In this document: one piece after another, positions 18,480 to 27,918 of the stretch
Layout: every line of letters starts with the position of its first letter
Numbering within the stretch: the stretch's first letter is position 1
From: a virus
Taxonomy: Duplodnaviria; Caudoviricetes
IMG/VR virus record: IMGVR_UViG_3300015050_000935
Coordinates: 5,095 to 69,094 of that record
Reading direction: 5' to 3' (one strand)
DNA: 64,000 nucleotides
Position numbers and translations under genes: made by a program
The notes under the pieces: generated by a model
Databases searched by the model: none
What the model was told of the DNA's origin: nothing
The model's input: only the letters and a program-made list of their open reading frames with translations

Positions 18480-20006
18480 CTATTCCGCCGCCTGCGACGT
18501 CACTCGGCGCCAGCTATCGTCCGGCCCCATCAGCGGACGCATCCCGACGCCGAGCACCGCCGCCATGTCGCGCGGGAAGGCGATCACGTTCACCGACAGC
18601 ATCGTGCCGGGCCAAATGTCGCGCTTGTTCTTGAGGTAATTGTTCGGGTTGAAATACGGCCCGATCGACCAGAACGCCTCATAGTCAAGGGCCTCCAGTT
18701 CGCCCCACAGGGCCTCCGAATCGTCCCCGTTGTTTTCGATGTAGAGCACCGGGCGGCAGCGGGTGATGGTTTCGCGCGCGCCGCGGATCACCTGCGCCTC
18801 CATGCCTTCCACGTCGATCTTGATAAGACTGCACTTCTCCAAATTCATGGAGTCGATGCAGTCCGATGGCGCGGTATCCTCGCCTCCGCCGACAGCGGGG
18901 ACGGCCCCGAAATTAAACGCGGCAACATCATCAGGAAGTGGCGTCAAGTGAAGGATTCCTGCGTTTCGATCCATCACAATTGCGCGCGATGCCTGCACGT
19001 TCTCCAGCCGGTTCAGCACCACGTTGTCAGTGAGACGCTTGAACAGCCTGGGCTGGGGCTCGAACGCATAGACTTGGCCGTGCTTGCCGACCATATCTGC
19101 GAACGCCACGGTGTGGGTGCCGATATTGGCGCCGACGTCCAGCACCACGCCACGCTCTGGAATGTGCGGCTGCATCGTCTGCAACTCGAAATCGCACCAC
19201 TCGCCGTATTCCAGCAGGCTGCGGCCAATGAACGTGTCGTTCGGGTTCACGATGAACCGCCCGCGCTTACCCTGAACGATGGGTTCGCCGCTAGGCGCGG
19301 TCGCGGCCATCTTGATGATTTCCTCGGCGTAGCAGCCGCTGTAATCGTGCGGGCCGGTGTGGACCATCTTGTGGTGCATCGCGCCCCAGACTTCGCCGCC
19401 GCATTCCCGATACCGCTGACAGAACGACAGGTCCTCGGACGTCTCACCCAGTTCGGGGTGGTCAATCTTGTCGAACGCGCGAATCATCCGCTTGCCGCCG
19501 GCGGCCTTCACGATGCCGCCGATCCCCATGTTGTTCACGCGGGTGTCCACGAGGTGCGGCATCTTCTCCAGCATGGTCGCGATGGCGTCGCGCCGGATCA
19601 GGAAACAGCCCATCCCGAGGCCACCCACCTGCATGAAGCCGCCGCGCGTCTCCGCCGCCCCGCCGTTGCCGATCGCCGATGCCGCCCACTCGATCGGCAG
19701 GCTGCGTTTGGGGTAGATGCCGCCGACCATCGGCTTGTCGAACAGCAGCATGTCCAGCACCAGCGCGGGCTCAAAACCCATGTCCGCGTCCACGAACAGG
19801 AGGTGGCTGAAATCCGGCTGGGTGTCATACCAGAGCGACAGCGCCATGTTGCGCAACTGCTCGATGTCGGGGAACGAGTGCGACGTGAGCCCGACGCCCA
19901 TGCCCTTCCCTTGCAGGGTGAGCATGAGCTTTGCGACGGACTTGAACGTGGTGGCGGTAACCTGCCCGCCAAACGCAGGCACATAGATCAGAACGCTGGC
20001 GGGCAA
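18480..20006 (-). CDS. Glycosyltransferase (GT-A-like) fused to FkbM-family methyltransferase
   Basis: LLFVDADMGF and SEDLSFC GT motifs; VLDVGANIGTHT...YAFEP...IKIDVEG FkbM motifs; TTG start after AGGAG. Confidence 0.8.
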   Translation of the reverse strand: MPASVLIYVPAFGGQVTATTFKSVAKLMLTLQGKGMGVGLTSHSFPDIEQLRNMALSLWYDTQPDFSHLLFVDADMGFEPALVLDMLLFDKPMVGGIYPKRSLPIEWAASAIGNGGAAETRGGFMQVGGLGMGCFLIRRDAIATMLEKMPHLVDTRVNNMGIGGIVKAAGGKRMIRAFDKIDHPELGETSEDLSFCQRYRECGGEVWGAMHHKMVHTGPHDYSGCYAEEIIKMAATAPSGEPIVQGKRGRFIVNPNDTFIGRSLLEYGEWCDFELQTMQPHIPERGVVLDVGANIGTHTVAFADMVGKHGQVYAFEPQPRLFKRLTDNVVLNRLENVQASRAIVMDRNAGILHLTPLPDDVAAFNFGAVPAVGGGEDTAPSDCIDSMNLEKCSLIKIDVEGMEAQVIRGARETITRCRPVLYIENNGDDSEALWGELEALDYEAFWSIGPYFNPNNYLKNKRDIWPGTMLSVNVIAFPRDMAAVLGVGMRPLMGPDDSWRRVTSQAAE

Positions 20007-20011
20007 GTGTC

Positions 20012-20692
20012 TTACTCCTCGATCTGGTGTGCGGGGCGGGGAATGTCCAAAGCCTGGTCGATGCTGATTCGCACCTCGCCGCCGGTGCCTTTGAACTTCC
20101 GGCTGTTGATGGCCATGCCTTCTGGCATCTTCTTGGACAGTTTCAGCACGTCAGTCTGATCGCGAACCTGAGCCTTGGCGTGCGCGACGTCCTCGGCGCG
20201 GGCCTCGTCACCCAATTCGGTGGGGCGCTCCTCCAACCGCAACCCCTTGACGATGATCGCGCCTTTGTACTCAGGCGGGGTCCAGCGGCCAGCGTGGCGC
20301 GAGGCCGGGACGGGACGCCAGCCATTCTGCTGCATCACCATCTGCTCCTCGCGCATTTCCTGCCCGGTCACGGTGACGGTGTTCCACTGATAGTCCCAGC
20401 CGCGGGGGATTTCGTTGGCCGGAACGTGGTGGATGTCGCCTACGGTGGTGCGCCGGCGGGTAAGCTGCTCGCCGTCGCGGCCCTGGACCATCACGGCGCC
20501 GCTGCGCGCGGGCTCGCGGGCAGGATCGCGTGGGGCCTCGCGCGCCGGGCGCGGTGCTGCGCGGCGAGGCGGTGCCTCCGACGACACAGTGTCGGGCTCT
20601 GGCGCCGCCGCCCGAGCGCGAGAGGCGCGGGTGCGGGGTGCTCGGGTGATCTGCGCGGCGTCGTCAGCGGGTGCTGTGGTCTTGCGTGGCAT
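20012..20692 (-). CDS. Conserved head-region protein (paralog 1)
   Basis: YQW...GWRPVPASRHAGRW...GLRLEERP. Confidence 0.65.
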   Translation of the reverse strand: MPRKTTAPADDAAQITRAPRTRASRARAAAPEPDTVSSEAPPRRAAPRPAREAPRDPAREPARSGAVMVQGRDGEQLTRRRTTVGDIHHVPANEIPRGWDYQWNTVTVTGQEMREEQMVMQQNGWRPVPASRHAGRWTPPEYKGAIIVKGLRLEERPTELGDEARAEDVAHAKAQVRDQTDVLKLSKKMPEGMAINSRKFKGTGGEVRISIDQALDIPRPAHQIEE

Positions 20693-21364
20693 TTAAGCCT
20701 CCTGTGATGATGCGAGACGCGCCCGCACGTTTTCGATGGCCTTGGGCATCATAAACGCATGAAGGGTCGGCCACATCGGGTCGTTCGGGTTGGCCTTCAT
20801 GTGCTCGTGGAATTTCTGGCTGATGGCGGCGACCTCCAGCGAGTCCTGAATGTGGGCCTCCCCCAGTCTGTCCCGCTCCGCCATGATCGCCAAGACATGC
20901 GGCTGCATATCCTTCGGGATGCGGATAGTGGTGTCGATGGTCTTGGTGACGGTGTTGGTGTGCGTATTCTCGCCCACCGTCGCCACGGCTCCGATCAGTT
21001 CGTAACCGGCCTCCTTGACGATCCGCTCCATCTTACCCAGCGCGTCCTGCGAGTTTTGGTGCGCCTTGGCGTGGCTGGCGGCCTGCTCGGCCTCAACCTC
21101 GAACGTGGGTTTCTCGAACAGCCCGAGGCCGTTCCATGTGATCTGGCCTTCCGTGCCCCACGGGGCAAAGCGACCAGGATGCCGCTCGTTCGGCACCGGA
21201 GCCCAGCCGCTGCCGATGTGGATTTTGTCGTGTTCGAGGTGCATCCACTGATAGGACCGCGAATAGGGGATTTCCTTGTGCGGAATATCCGTCGGGTCCG
21301 GCAAGCGGCGCGCGATCGTGAAACCGGAGCGCCACAGTTCGTTGATGATTTCCTGCGAAATCAC
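20693..21364 (-). CDS. Head-region protein (paralog 2)
   Basis: YQW...GWAPVPNERHPGRF...GLGLFEKP. Confidence 0.6.
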   Translation of the reverse strand: MISQEIINELWRSGFTIARRLPDPTDIPHKEIPYSRSYQWMHLEHDKIHIGSGWAPVPNERHPGRFAPWGTEGQITWNGLGLFEKPTFEVEAEQAASHAKAHQNSQDALGKMERIVKEAGYELIGAVATVGENTHTNTVTKTIDTTIRIPKDMQPHVLAIMAERDRLGEAHIQDSLEVAAISQKFHEHMKANPNDPMWPTLHAFMMPKAIENVRARLASSQEA

Positions 21365-21366
21365 GT

Positions 21367-22356
21367 TCAGGACTCCGTATAGGTCCGGTCGTACCGGCCT
21401 TCCCGCTCCATCGCCAGTTTGCGGCGCGCGAACTCGGAGTGGCCGATGGGATCGCCCTTCTTGAACTTGTTTTTCCCGCTCGGGTCATCGTAGTTCCAGA
21501 CGATCGTGCCGTCCGTCGCCGCGGTGGCTTCGCTTCTGGTCAGTTTGACTGTGGATGGAGCGCCGTTCCGTCCACCCACATCCGCGCCGGGAGCCGTCGG
21601 CGCGCTGGGGCGCCGCTGCTGTTGCTGGGCCGCGCCCGGCTTGGCCTCGACCTTGAGGCCCAAGAACTTCTCCACGTGGGCGAAGTATTCCGGGGTGTCC
21701 ACGGTCAGACCCTCGCCAACCGCGTCGAAGTGCGCGCCGGTGAGTTTGGCGTTCTTGCGCGCGTCGGTGACGAAATCCGGGTGCGCGCGAATCCATGCTG
21801 CCGTGGTGGGGGTGCGCCCCTTCACATACTCCTCGACCGGATCGGACGATGGCGCGGCGCGGCGCGGCTGTTCCTCGACCTTGCGAGGCGCGGGCTTCGT
21901 CGCCGCCAAATCTTCCTTGGCCTCGGTGAGGCGGCTGATACGGCCTTCCGCCTGCGACATGCGGCGCTGGGCGCGCGCAGCAGCCGCAGCATCACCGTCC
22001 GCGAACGCCCGCTCATAGTCCGCCTGCGCCGCGTCAGCCTCGGCGGTCGCCGCCGTGATTCCCTGCTCCACCGTGGACTTGCGGGTGTCAATCACCTCTG
22101 TTTCGAGGTGCTTGTTGCGTACGCGCTCCTCGTCCAGCAGGCGCTGGGTGCGCTGCGCCTCGGTTTCAGCCGAGGTGATTCGCTGGTTCGCCGTGGTCAG
22201 GTCGCCCTGCATCTTGGTGAACTGATTCTTGAGGTCCAGCGCCGGGTCCTCGTTGGCGCGCCCCTCGATCACCTTCACATCGGCGTCGCCGGTGCCCAGC
22301 GTCTCGTCCAGTTCCGGCTCGATCGTCACAATGATTTCGTCGTCGTCGCCTGCCAT
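21367..22356 (-). CDS. Capsid scaffolding protein
   Basis: Acidic N-terminus, long coiled coil, WIRAHP, P/A-rich linker, C-terminal helix; upstream of the capsid gene. Confidence 0.7.
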   Translation of the reverse strand: MAGDDDEIIVTIEPELDETLGTGDADVKVIEGRANEDPALDLKNQFTKMQGDLTTANQRITSAETEAQRTQRLLDEERVRNKHLETEVIDTRKSTVEQGITAATAEADAAQADYERAFADGDAAAAARAQRRMSQAEGRISRLTEAKEDLAATKPAPRKVEEQPRRAAPSSDPVEEYVKGRTPTTAAWIRAHPDFVTDARKNAKLTGAHFDAVGEGLTVDTPEYFAHVEKFLGLKVEAKPGAAQQQQRRPSAPTAPGADVGGRNGAPSTVKLTRSEATAATDGTIVWNYDDPSGKNKFKKGDPIGHSEFARRKLAMEREGRYDRTYTES

Positions 22357-22365
22357 GTGATGCTC

Positions 22366-22557
22366 CTATTTTCGGTGAATTGCGTGGGCAAGCGGACTGA
22401 CGAGGTGCCATCGCTCTTGCAGCCACACGGCTAATTTGTCGGGCGCCACATCGACGTTCAAGCGCATAAACATTTCGGTGGACAGGCTGTCTGCGGCCCG
22501 CTGGGCGCGGGCCTCACGCTCGACCACCGTTTCCTCTCTAAAGAACGTATTCCCCAT
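22366..22557 (-). CDS. Hypothetical protein, 63 aa
   Basis: ORF in the operon. Confidence 0.45.
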   Translation of the reverse strand: MGNTFFREETVVEREARAQRAADSLSTEMFMRLNVDVAPDKLAVWLQERWHLVSPLAHAIHRK

Positions 22558-22560
22558 GGA

Positions 22561-23007
22561 TCACCAGTATTTCGAGGGGTCTTGAACTCGCATCAGGATA
22601 TTCACATCCTGGAAAAGGCGGCACGGCACCTCGCTGAATTCCATCGCGAGGCCGTCGGACGGACGATACAGCACCCAATCTCCCACCTTCAACTCCACGC
22701 CGTGGAATTGCGCAATCCGGTCATCCTTGAACGCCGCAGGTCCCATCGCGATCACGAGGCCAACGCTGCCTTGGTAAATGTCCTCGTCCCGCGACTTGTC
22801 GGGGATGATGATGCCGCCCTTGCTTTTCGCCGGCTGGATGTAGGTCGCCACCAGCACGCCGTTGTGAAAAACCTCGTCAGGGAATTTAGCCGGGGATTTG
22901 TTGCTCTTGCTGTTCATCGGCAGCATGTCCAGAGCCTCGTAAAGCGCCGTCTTGGCGTCCACGACACGTTCGGAAATCGCAATGATCTTGTTGGACGATC
23001 GGCCCAT
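22561..23007 (-). CDS. groES: GroES/cpn10-like co-chaperonin
   Basis: VLV...KSKGGIIIPD...GLVIAMGP...VGDWVLY. Confidence 0.8.
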   Translation of the reverse strand: MGRSSNKIIAISERVVDAKTALYEALDMLPMNSKSNKSPAKFPDEVFHNGVLVATYIQPAKSKGGIIIPDKSRDEDIYQGSVGLVIAMGPAAFKDDRIAQFHGVELKVGDWVLYRPSDGLAMEFSEVPCRLFQDVNILMRVQDPSKYW

Positions 23008-23399
23008 TATTCACCTTTTGCTGGCTTGTCGGAAATGAGGAAGCGGGAATAGATCATCCACCCCGCCTCGCGTTCTGAGAACGGCGGCCTTGCGGGCGTG
23101 TATGGCTGGAATTGGATTTCGGGCCGCGTCCGCCAATACAGAACCGAGTTCTCGTTGATGCGGAATAACGCGCGGGCGGCCACCAGCCACTGGTCAATGA
23201 CGGCGAAAGCCGTGGGTCCCATGGGCAGCAATTCGCCTTCATCGTAGCGCCCGGCGAGGCTGCACGCCACGAACGGTTCGCCGGTGACGGCGAGGCCGGA
23301 ATCCCCGTCTGGTCCGATCCTTAAACCGCTCTCGAACTCGGAAACTGCCGCGGCCAGCTTCGCCGCGATGTCTGCACTGACCAGCGTGTCAGCGTCCAT
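23007..23399 (-). CDS. Hypothetical protein, 130 aa
   Basis: Coupled ORF. Confidence 0.55.
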   Translation of the reverse strand: MDADTLVSADIAAKLAAAVSEFESGLRIGPDGDSGLAVTGEPFVACSLAGRYDEGELLPMGPTAFAVIDQWLVAARALFRINENSVLYWRTRPEIQFQPYTPARPPFSEREAGWMIYSRFLISDKPAKGE

Positions 23400-23444
23400 G
23401 GGTGCGCCCCTGCGATGTGATTCGCGCCAGCACGGCGCGGTGAA

Positions 23445-23681
23445 CTAGTCCGGGGATAGTTGTTTTTCTACTTCTTGGCAAATGGCGATGGCGTCCGACA
23501 GTCCTTTGACCTCGCCGACGCGGTAGCGGTATTCATCGAACGTCTTGGCCAGACCACCGATCAGGCCGTTTCTTTTGTCCTCCAGCAGCGCCTCCAGTTT
23601 GCGCCGCAGCGTCATCGGCAGGAGCCGGTGTTCCTCGACGTAGAGGGCAACCGGCTCCGCTTGTTCGGACTTGGACGTCAC
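23445..23681 (-). CDS. Conserved small phage protein
   Basis: FDEYRYRVGEVKGL motif common upstream of phage groES. Confidence 0.65.
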   Translation of the reverse strand: MTSKSEQAEPVALYVEEHRLLPMTLRRKLEALLEDKRNGLIGGLAKTFDEYRYRVGEVKGLSDAIAICQEVEKQLSPD

Positions 23682-24124
23682 TGGCGCGATGGCCAGCTAT
23701 AGGTGCCCGGATCGCCTTCGCCGACGTGAGTCGACGTGACCCACAGCGTGTCGTTGCCGTCCAGGAACGCCTGACCATTCACCGCGCTGTCAGCGTTATG
23801 GCCCCACGTCTTGACGATCAGCATGGGCACGGTGTCGCCCTCGGCGGCCTTGTTGCCCACGTGGATGATCGTGCCGTTGGCGGCTGCGGCGTGCATCGAG
23901 CGGTGATTGTCGGAGTGCTCGCGGCGGCGATTGATCGCCTCGGCCTGTTCGGCGGTCAGGTGGTAGTGGACAATGCGTCCGATCGACGGGATGGGATACT
24001 CGCTGCCGACACCGCCGCTCCGTGGGTCCAGCCGCTGCGGGTCCTGCTGGCCGCCCTGCTGCGCGCCGACACCACCCTGCGAATTCCCGGCGACGCTCGC
24101 GCCGGTGTTGTCTTGATCGTCCAT
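23678..24124 (-). CDS. Conserved hypothetical protein
   Basis: PSIGRIVHY...PMLIVKTW...NGQAFLDG..TLWVTS. Confidence 0.65.
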   Translation of the reverse strand: MDDQDNTGASVAGNSQGGVGAQQGGQQDPQRLDPRSGGVGSEYPIPSIGRIVHYHLTAEQAEAINRRREHSDNHRSMHAAAANGTIIHVGNKAAEGDTVPMLIVKTWGHNADSAVNGQAFLDGNDTLWVTSTHVGEGDPGTYSWPSRQ

Positions 24125-24142
24125 GTAGACTCCTCGTGTTAA

Positions 24143-24171
24143 GGCCCCGGTACGAGCATCGCACCGAGGCC
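24143..24171 (-). terminator. Strong hairpin after the 232-aa gene (possible terminator or processing site)
   Basis: 13-bp stem GGCCTCGGTGCGA-TGC-TCGTACCGGGGCC, weak T tract. Confidence 0.4.
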
Positions 24172-24180
24172 GGGGGTAGA

Positions 24181-24879
24181 TTACTTTGCGCGGCGCGCCT
24201 TGGCCAACCGGCCCTCGCCGCCACCGGCACCGCCGGGCAGTTTCGTGGCCGCGGCGACACCCTGCGGAGCTTCAACCCGACCGCCCTTGGCGCGGAATTT
24301 CACCGCCACGCCGCCGCCGGTCTTGAACGTCACCACTCGCCCGCGATTCATGTCCTTGAGGTCGTTCTTGCCCTTGATGTGCTTGATGGGGCGTTCGCCG
24401 GCTTCCTTCATGCTCTTGTTGAACACCTTGGTGCCGTCGTTCACGCGACCGCCGCGCTTGCGCATCATCGGGACCGAGCCCGGCCCCATACCGCCCGGAG
24501 GCGCGCCGGGAGGAGGCATCATCGGCGGTTTCGCCGCGAGGCCCTGTGGACCCATCGGCGGCATCCCCGGAGGAGGACCAGGAGGCAATGGGGCGGCGGG
24601 CGGCTGTGCGCCGCCGGTGATGACGTTAACCACCGTCTTGCCACCCTTCGGTGCTCGACCGCCGCGCTTGCGTCCGGGGCGATCAGCCCGCTGCTTGGCC
24701 TTCGGCGCAGTGTCGCCGTTGACTTCCTTGGTGGGCGCGCTGATGGACTTCTGCTTGCTCAGGACGCCCTTGACGTCGTTCGGATGCTCGATGCGCCCGC
24801 CAGCCGCGCGGTGCGCGATCTTGTGGACGCGGGATTTCTCGACCTTGCCTTGACGAATTCCGGCATATGGATGTGACAC
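24181..24879 (-). CDS. Basic Gly/Pro-rich protein with repeated xxGG motifs
   Basis: RAAGGRI, RKRGGRA, RKRGGRV, FKTGGGV, RAKGGRV; AGGAG upstream of GTG. Confidence 0.7.
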   Translation of the reverse strand: MSHPYAGIRQGKVEKSRVHKIAHRAAGGRIEHPNDVKGVLSKQKSISAPTKEVNGDTAPKAKQRADRPGRKRGGRAPKGGKTVVNVITGGAQPPAAPLPPGPPPGMPPMGPQGLAAKPPMMPPPGAPPGGMGPGSVPMMRKRGGRVNDGTKVFNKSMKEAGERPIKHIKGKNDLKDMNRGRVVTFKTGGGVAVKFRAKGGRVEAPQGVAAATKLPGGAGGGEGRLAKARRAK

Positions 24880-24947
24880 GGGATGCTCCTATGAGAGGTC
24901 GCTGAACGCGCGCAGCATGATGTCATCCCAGCGGGGGAACGGCGCTA

Positions 24948-24976
24948 TGTATGGCACCGTTCGTCATTTTCGGCAA
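24948..24976 (-). promoter_or_regulatory. Possible promoter
   Basis: TTGCCG-N17-CATACA in the intergenic gap. Confidence 0.3.
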
Positions 24977-24980
24977 TGGA

Positions 24981-25172
24981 TCACCACCCGGTGGGCGGAA
25001 TCCAGTGGGACGCGGCGACCAGACCGGCAAGAACGACGCCGGTAAAGAACGGTCCCTTGACGTCATAGCCATGGACGCTCGGCGCAGGCATGTTCGCGTT
25101 CGCCCCGAGTAGGATCATGCAATAGAGCAGGGTCAGTAGGATGATCGAGCCGGAAACGATAAATGCGCCCAT
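24981..25172 (-). CDS. Small membrane protein
   Basis: Start moved to ATG 25172 (ATGA overlap); two hydrophobic segments. Confidence 0.55.
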   Translation of the reverse strand: MGAFIVSGSIILLTLLYCMILLGANANMPAPSVHGYDVKGPFFTGVVLAGLVAASHWIPPTGW

Positions 25173-25327
25173 CACTTCGCTTTCCTGATCGCGTTGCGGC
25201 TCGTCACCATGGTGTAGCCGTCCTCGAACACCACCAGACACGAATTCATCGTGCCGCGCACGGTCACCTTGCACCGCTGGCCGATACGGCCATTCCGCCG
25301 CCAGCGGTAGATGTAGGGGTATTCCAT
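25172..25327 (-). CDS. Small conserved phage protein, 51 aa
   Basis: Manual translation MEYPYIYRWRRNGRIGQRCKVTVRGTMNSCLVVFEDGYTMVTSRNAIRKAK; coupled on both sides. Confidence 0.65.
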   Translation of the reverse strand: MEYPYIYRWRRNGRIGQRCKVTVRGTMNSCLVVFEDGYTMVTSRNAIRKAK

Positions 25328-25593
25328 CACGTCAACCGGGTGTAGCCAGCGAGAAAGGCGTCCCTCGGGCTGATCGACGCATATCCGTCATCGTAGACGA
25401 CATAAAAATCCCGCTGGATCGGATTGTACCGCGCGAACAGCGGGTCGCTCTCGTCAAAGGTCAGCGGTTCATAATCCTTGTCGATAAAGGTCAGCCGAAC
25501 CTTGCCCGGCGTCTCGCGGTTGATGTATCGGATTTCCAGCGCCCATACCTGTTTGTGGCACTGGTATCGGGGCATCATTCTGTCTGCGGGCAT
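25327..25593 (-). CDS. Conserved hypothetical phage protein
   Basis: MPRYQCHKQVWALEI...YVVYDDGYASISPRDAF. Confidence 0.65.
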   Translation of the reverse strand: MPADRMMPRYQCHKQVWALEIRYINRETPGKVRLTFIDKDYEPLTFDESDPLFARYNPIQRDFYVVYDDGYASISPRDAFLAGYTRLT

Positions 25594-25595
25594 GG

Positions 25596-27794
25596 CTATT
25601 TTGCTTTCGGCGGATCGGGCTTCAATGCCTCGTGCGTCTTGATCGCAGCATCGTGCGCGGCCACCCCGATGTCCAGTTTGTGCTTGCTGGTGTCCAGACC
25701 GAACTTGCGGTCATCATTGCGCCGCTGCGCGCCGGTTTTGAGGATGGTCTGCGCCATGTCCACGGATTTCAGCGCGCCCTCGGTGTGGAGCGCCTGAACG
25801 CCAAGTTTCCCCTTCAACTCGATGTCGGCGGCGCGCACCTGATTCGACCCCATCTTGGCCTGCGCGTCCAAAATCTTGCCGTCCGCAGCCTTGTCCTTGG
25901 CCTTGGCCTCGATCACCTTCGGATCGTTCGCCGGATCGGTTGGCGGCGCAGGCGGCATGATAAGCCCCTGGTCGTCCTCTTTCATCGACCGGAGGACGCG
26001 CCTCAACGTCTCCTCCTTGTTCATCATCGAACCGAGGCTAGGGCTGTCGCACAACTGCACCAACGCCACCGCGCGCTGGAGCCGGTGAATGTGGCTCGGG
26101 ATGTTCGGGTCCGACTTCGGCACCAGCGTGTAGAGGCCGAGCGCCTGGAGCAGCTTCTGCTCGTCCCAGTAATCGCGTTGCTTCTTGTTCCAGCGCCAGA
26201 ATGCCTCCGGGTCCTCGCGGAACAGGTCCGCGAGCATCTGCAACTCCTCGGACTGAGCGGTGTGCATCCCTTTGTGCGCCGCCGCCATGACCTTGGTGGC
26301 CTGCTCGATCAGGGACAGCATGGTGCCGACCGGGATGTTGGCCGTGCCCTCTCCCACCGGGATGTCAGGCGAGCCGCCGGCTTCCTTGGCCGCCGCCGTA
26401 ATCTTGTCGATCATCCCCATCAGACCGGGGGTCACGTCCTTGTACGGGAAGCCCATGACGGCATCGCCGATTGGCATTCCGTTCGTTTCGATCGGGATGC
26501 CCTGCGCCGGGCCTGCACGGAAATCGCTGCTGTTCTGGCGCCCGGCCAGTTTGGAAATCAGGAACGCTGGGAACGAGGCGAACATGCCCGCGTCCAGAGC
26601 CTCGCGCCACGCCGCGGTCATCGCCGCCGACGAATTGCCGAGGATGTTCAGCAGTCCGGTGCCATAGAAACCCGGACCCGGCACATACGGATATTTCACA
26701 TACATCCGCTTGCGCTCGCACTCCTCGTCCTCGGGCTTCCAGTCCCGGCGGATCGCGAGGATTTCCTGCGTGTCCTTGTCCATGGTCACGAGATACGGCA
26801 GCGGGATGCCTTTGCCCTTGAACTTCGCAGGGGCGTATTCGGGCAGGTCCAGTTCGCACTGGATTTCCCAGATCGTGTAGGGCTCATCCTCGGGCCGCTC
26901 GTTGTGCGGGTTCGTGCCTTGGATGTTGGCGATCTTCTCGTCCACGACGTCGCTGGTGGCGGTGGGCTGCGTCAGTTCGATGTCGCGATACGCGCCGGCC
27001 AACTGCATCCGCTTGAGCACCGAGGTACGCATGGGGATTTCGTGGGTGATTCGCGCACAGGCGGCGAGGTCCTTGGTGGTGTCGGACACGATCAGGTTCT
27101 GCGCTGAAACGCTGTCGGACACGGGGCGGCGGCGCAGCGGGCACCGAAACACCTTCTTGAACCCGGCTCCCCGGAAATACACGCCCCACAGCAGCATCTG
27201 CGAGGTGTCGGGCACATACTCCTTGGCCACGTCGGTCAGATAGGTGTTCATGCCGAGTTCGAGGGCGTCGGCTAGTTCATCCTTCTGCTGATTCGGCGTG
27301 AGGCCCACATTGTCGATCTTGCACGGCCCCTCGGCGGGCAGCAGTTCGGCCTCCGCGTTCGCCCATCCTTTCAGGCACGCCTCCAGCAGGAGCGGGCTCG
27401 TGACCGTGCTCATGCCGTCCAACGCGGATGACGAATCACCCCCGACGCTGGTGGATGGGTCTTTCAGTTCGATGCCGAGCAGGTCCAGACCGCGGGCGTG
27501 GATGGCGAGGGTGTTGGCGCGGGACCGATCGTCCGCCTGCACCGCCTCGTTCAGTTCATTCCCGATGACGTTGAGGCGTGTTTCGTCAATCTTGAGGGCG
27601 AGGTTTTCGTAGAACTTTTCCGGGTCCACTTCATCGTCGGAGCCGGTTTCGTCCTGCGGGTTGAACTGGACCACCACCCCGCCGTCGCCCTGGTCGATTT
27701 CCAGCGCGCCGGTGACCGGATCGCGCCGAACCGGGTTGTCCTCGTCCTCGATCACGACATGGACGTTATCCGCCGCCAGCCCAGCCTGTGCCAT
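25596..27794 (-). CDS. Portal protein
   Basis: 732 aa downstream of terL; GAGFKKVF, YPYVPGPGFYGTGL, NIPVGTMLSLIEQ...AAHK.MH. Confidence 0.85.
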   Translation of the reverse strand: MAQAGLAADNVHVVIEDEDNPVRRDPVTGALEIDQGDGGVVVQFNPQDETGSDDEVDPEKFYENLALKIDETRLNVIGNELNEAVQADDRSRANTLAIHARGLDLLGIELKDPSTSVGGDSSSALDGMSTVTSPLLLEACLKGWANAEAELLPAEGPCKIDNVGLTPNQQKDELADALELGMNTYLTDVAKEYVPDTSQMLLWGVYFRGAGFKKVFRCPLRRRPVSDSVSAQNLIVSDTTKDLAACARITHEIPMRTSVLKRMQLAGAYRDIELTQPTATSDVVDEKIANIQGTNPHNERPEDEPYTIWEIQCELDLPEYAPAKFKGKGIPLPYLVTMDKDTQEILAIRRDWKPEDEECERKRMYVKYPYVPGPGFYGTGLLNILGNSSAAMTAAWREALDAGMFASFPAFLISKLAGRQNSSDFRAGPAQGIPIETNGMPIGDAVMGFPYKDVTPGLMGMIDKITAAAKEAGGSPDIPVGEGTANIPVGTMLSLIEQATKVMAAAHKGMHTAQSEELQMLADLFREDPEAFWRWNKKQRDYWDEQKLLQALGLYTLVPKSDPNIPSHIHRLQRAVALVQLCDSPSLGSMMNKEETLRRVLRSMKEDDQGLIMPPAPPTDPANDPKVIEAKAKDKAADGKILDAQAKMGSNQVRAADIELKGKLGVQALHTEGALKSVDMAQTILKTGAQRRNDDRKFGLDTSKHKLDIGVAAHDAAIKTHEALKPDPPKAK

Positions 27795-27797
27795 TGC

Positions 27798-27917
27798 TCA
27801 AACCCCGATAAAAACCAACAGGGCCGTCAATACCACAATTCCAGCGATGGCTACAGTCGGCCAGATCGGGCCGCGAGGCGGTGATGGCTTGCGCGGTATC
27901 CCGAAATGCCGAGACAA
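27798..27917 (-). CDS. Possible small membrane peptide
   Basis: C-terminal hydrophobic helix; start uncertain (TTG after GAGG). Confidence 0.3.
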   Translation of the reverse strand: MSRHFGIPRKPSPPRGPIWPTVAIAGIVVLTALLVFIGV

Positions 27918-27918
27918 A

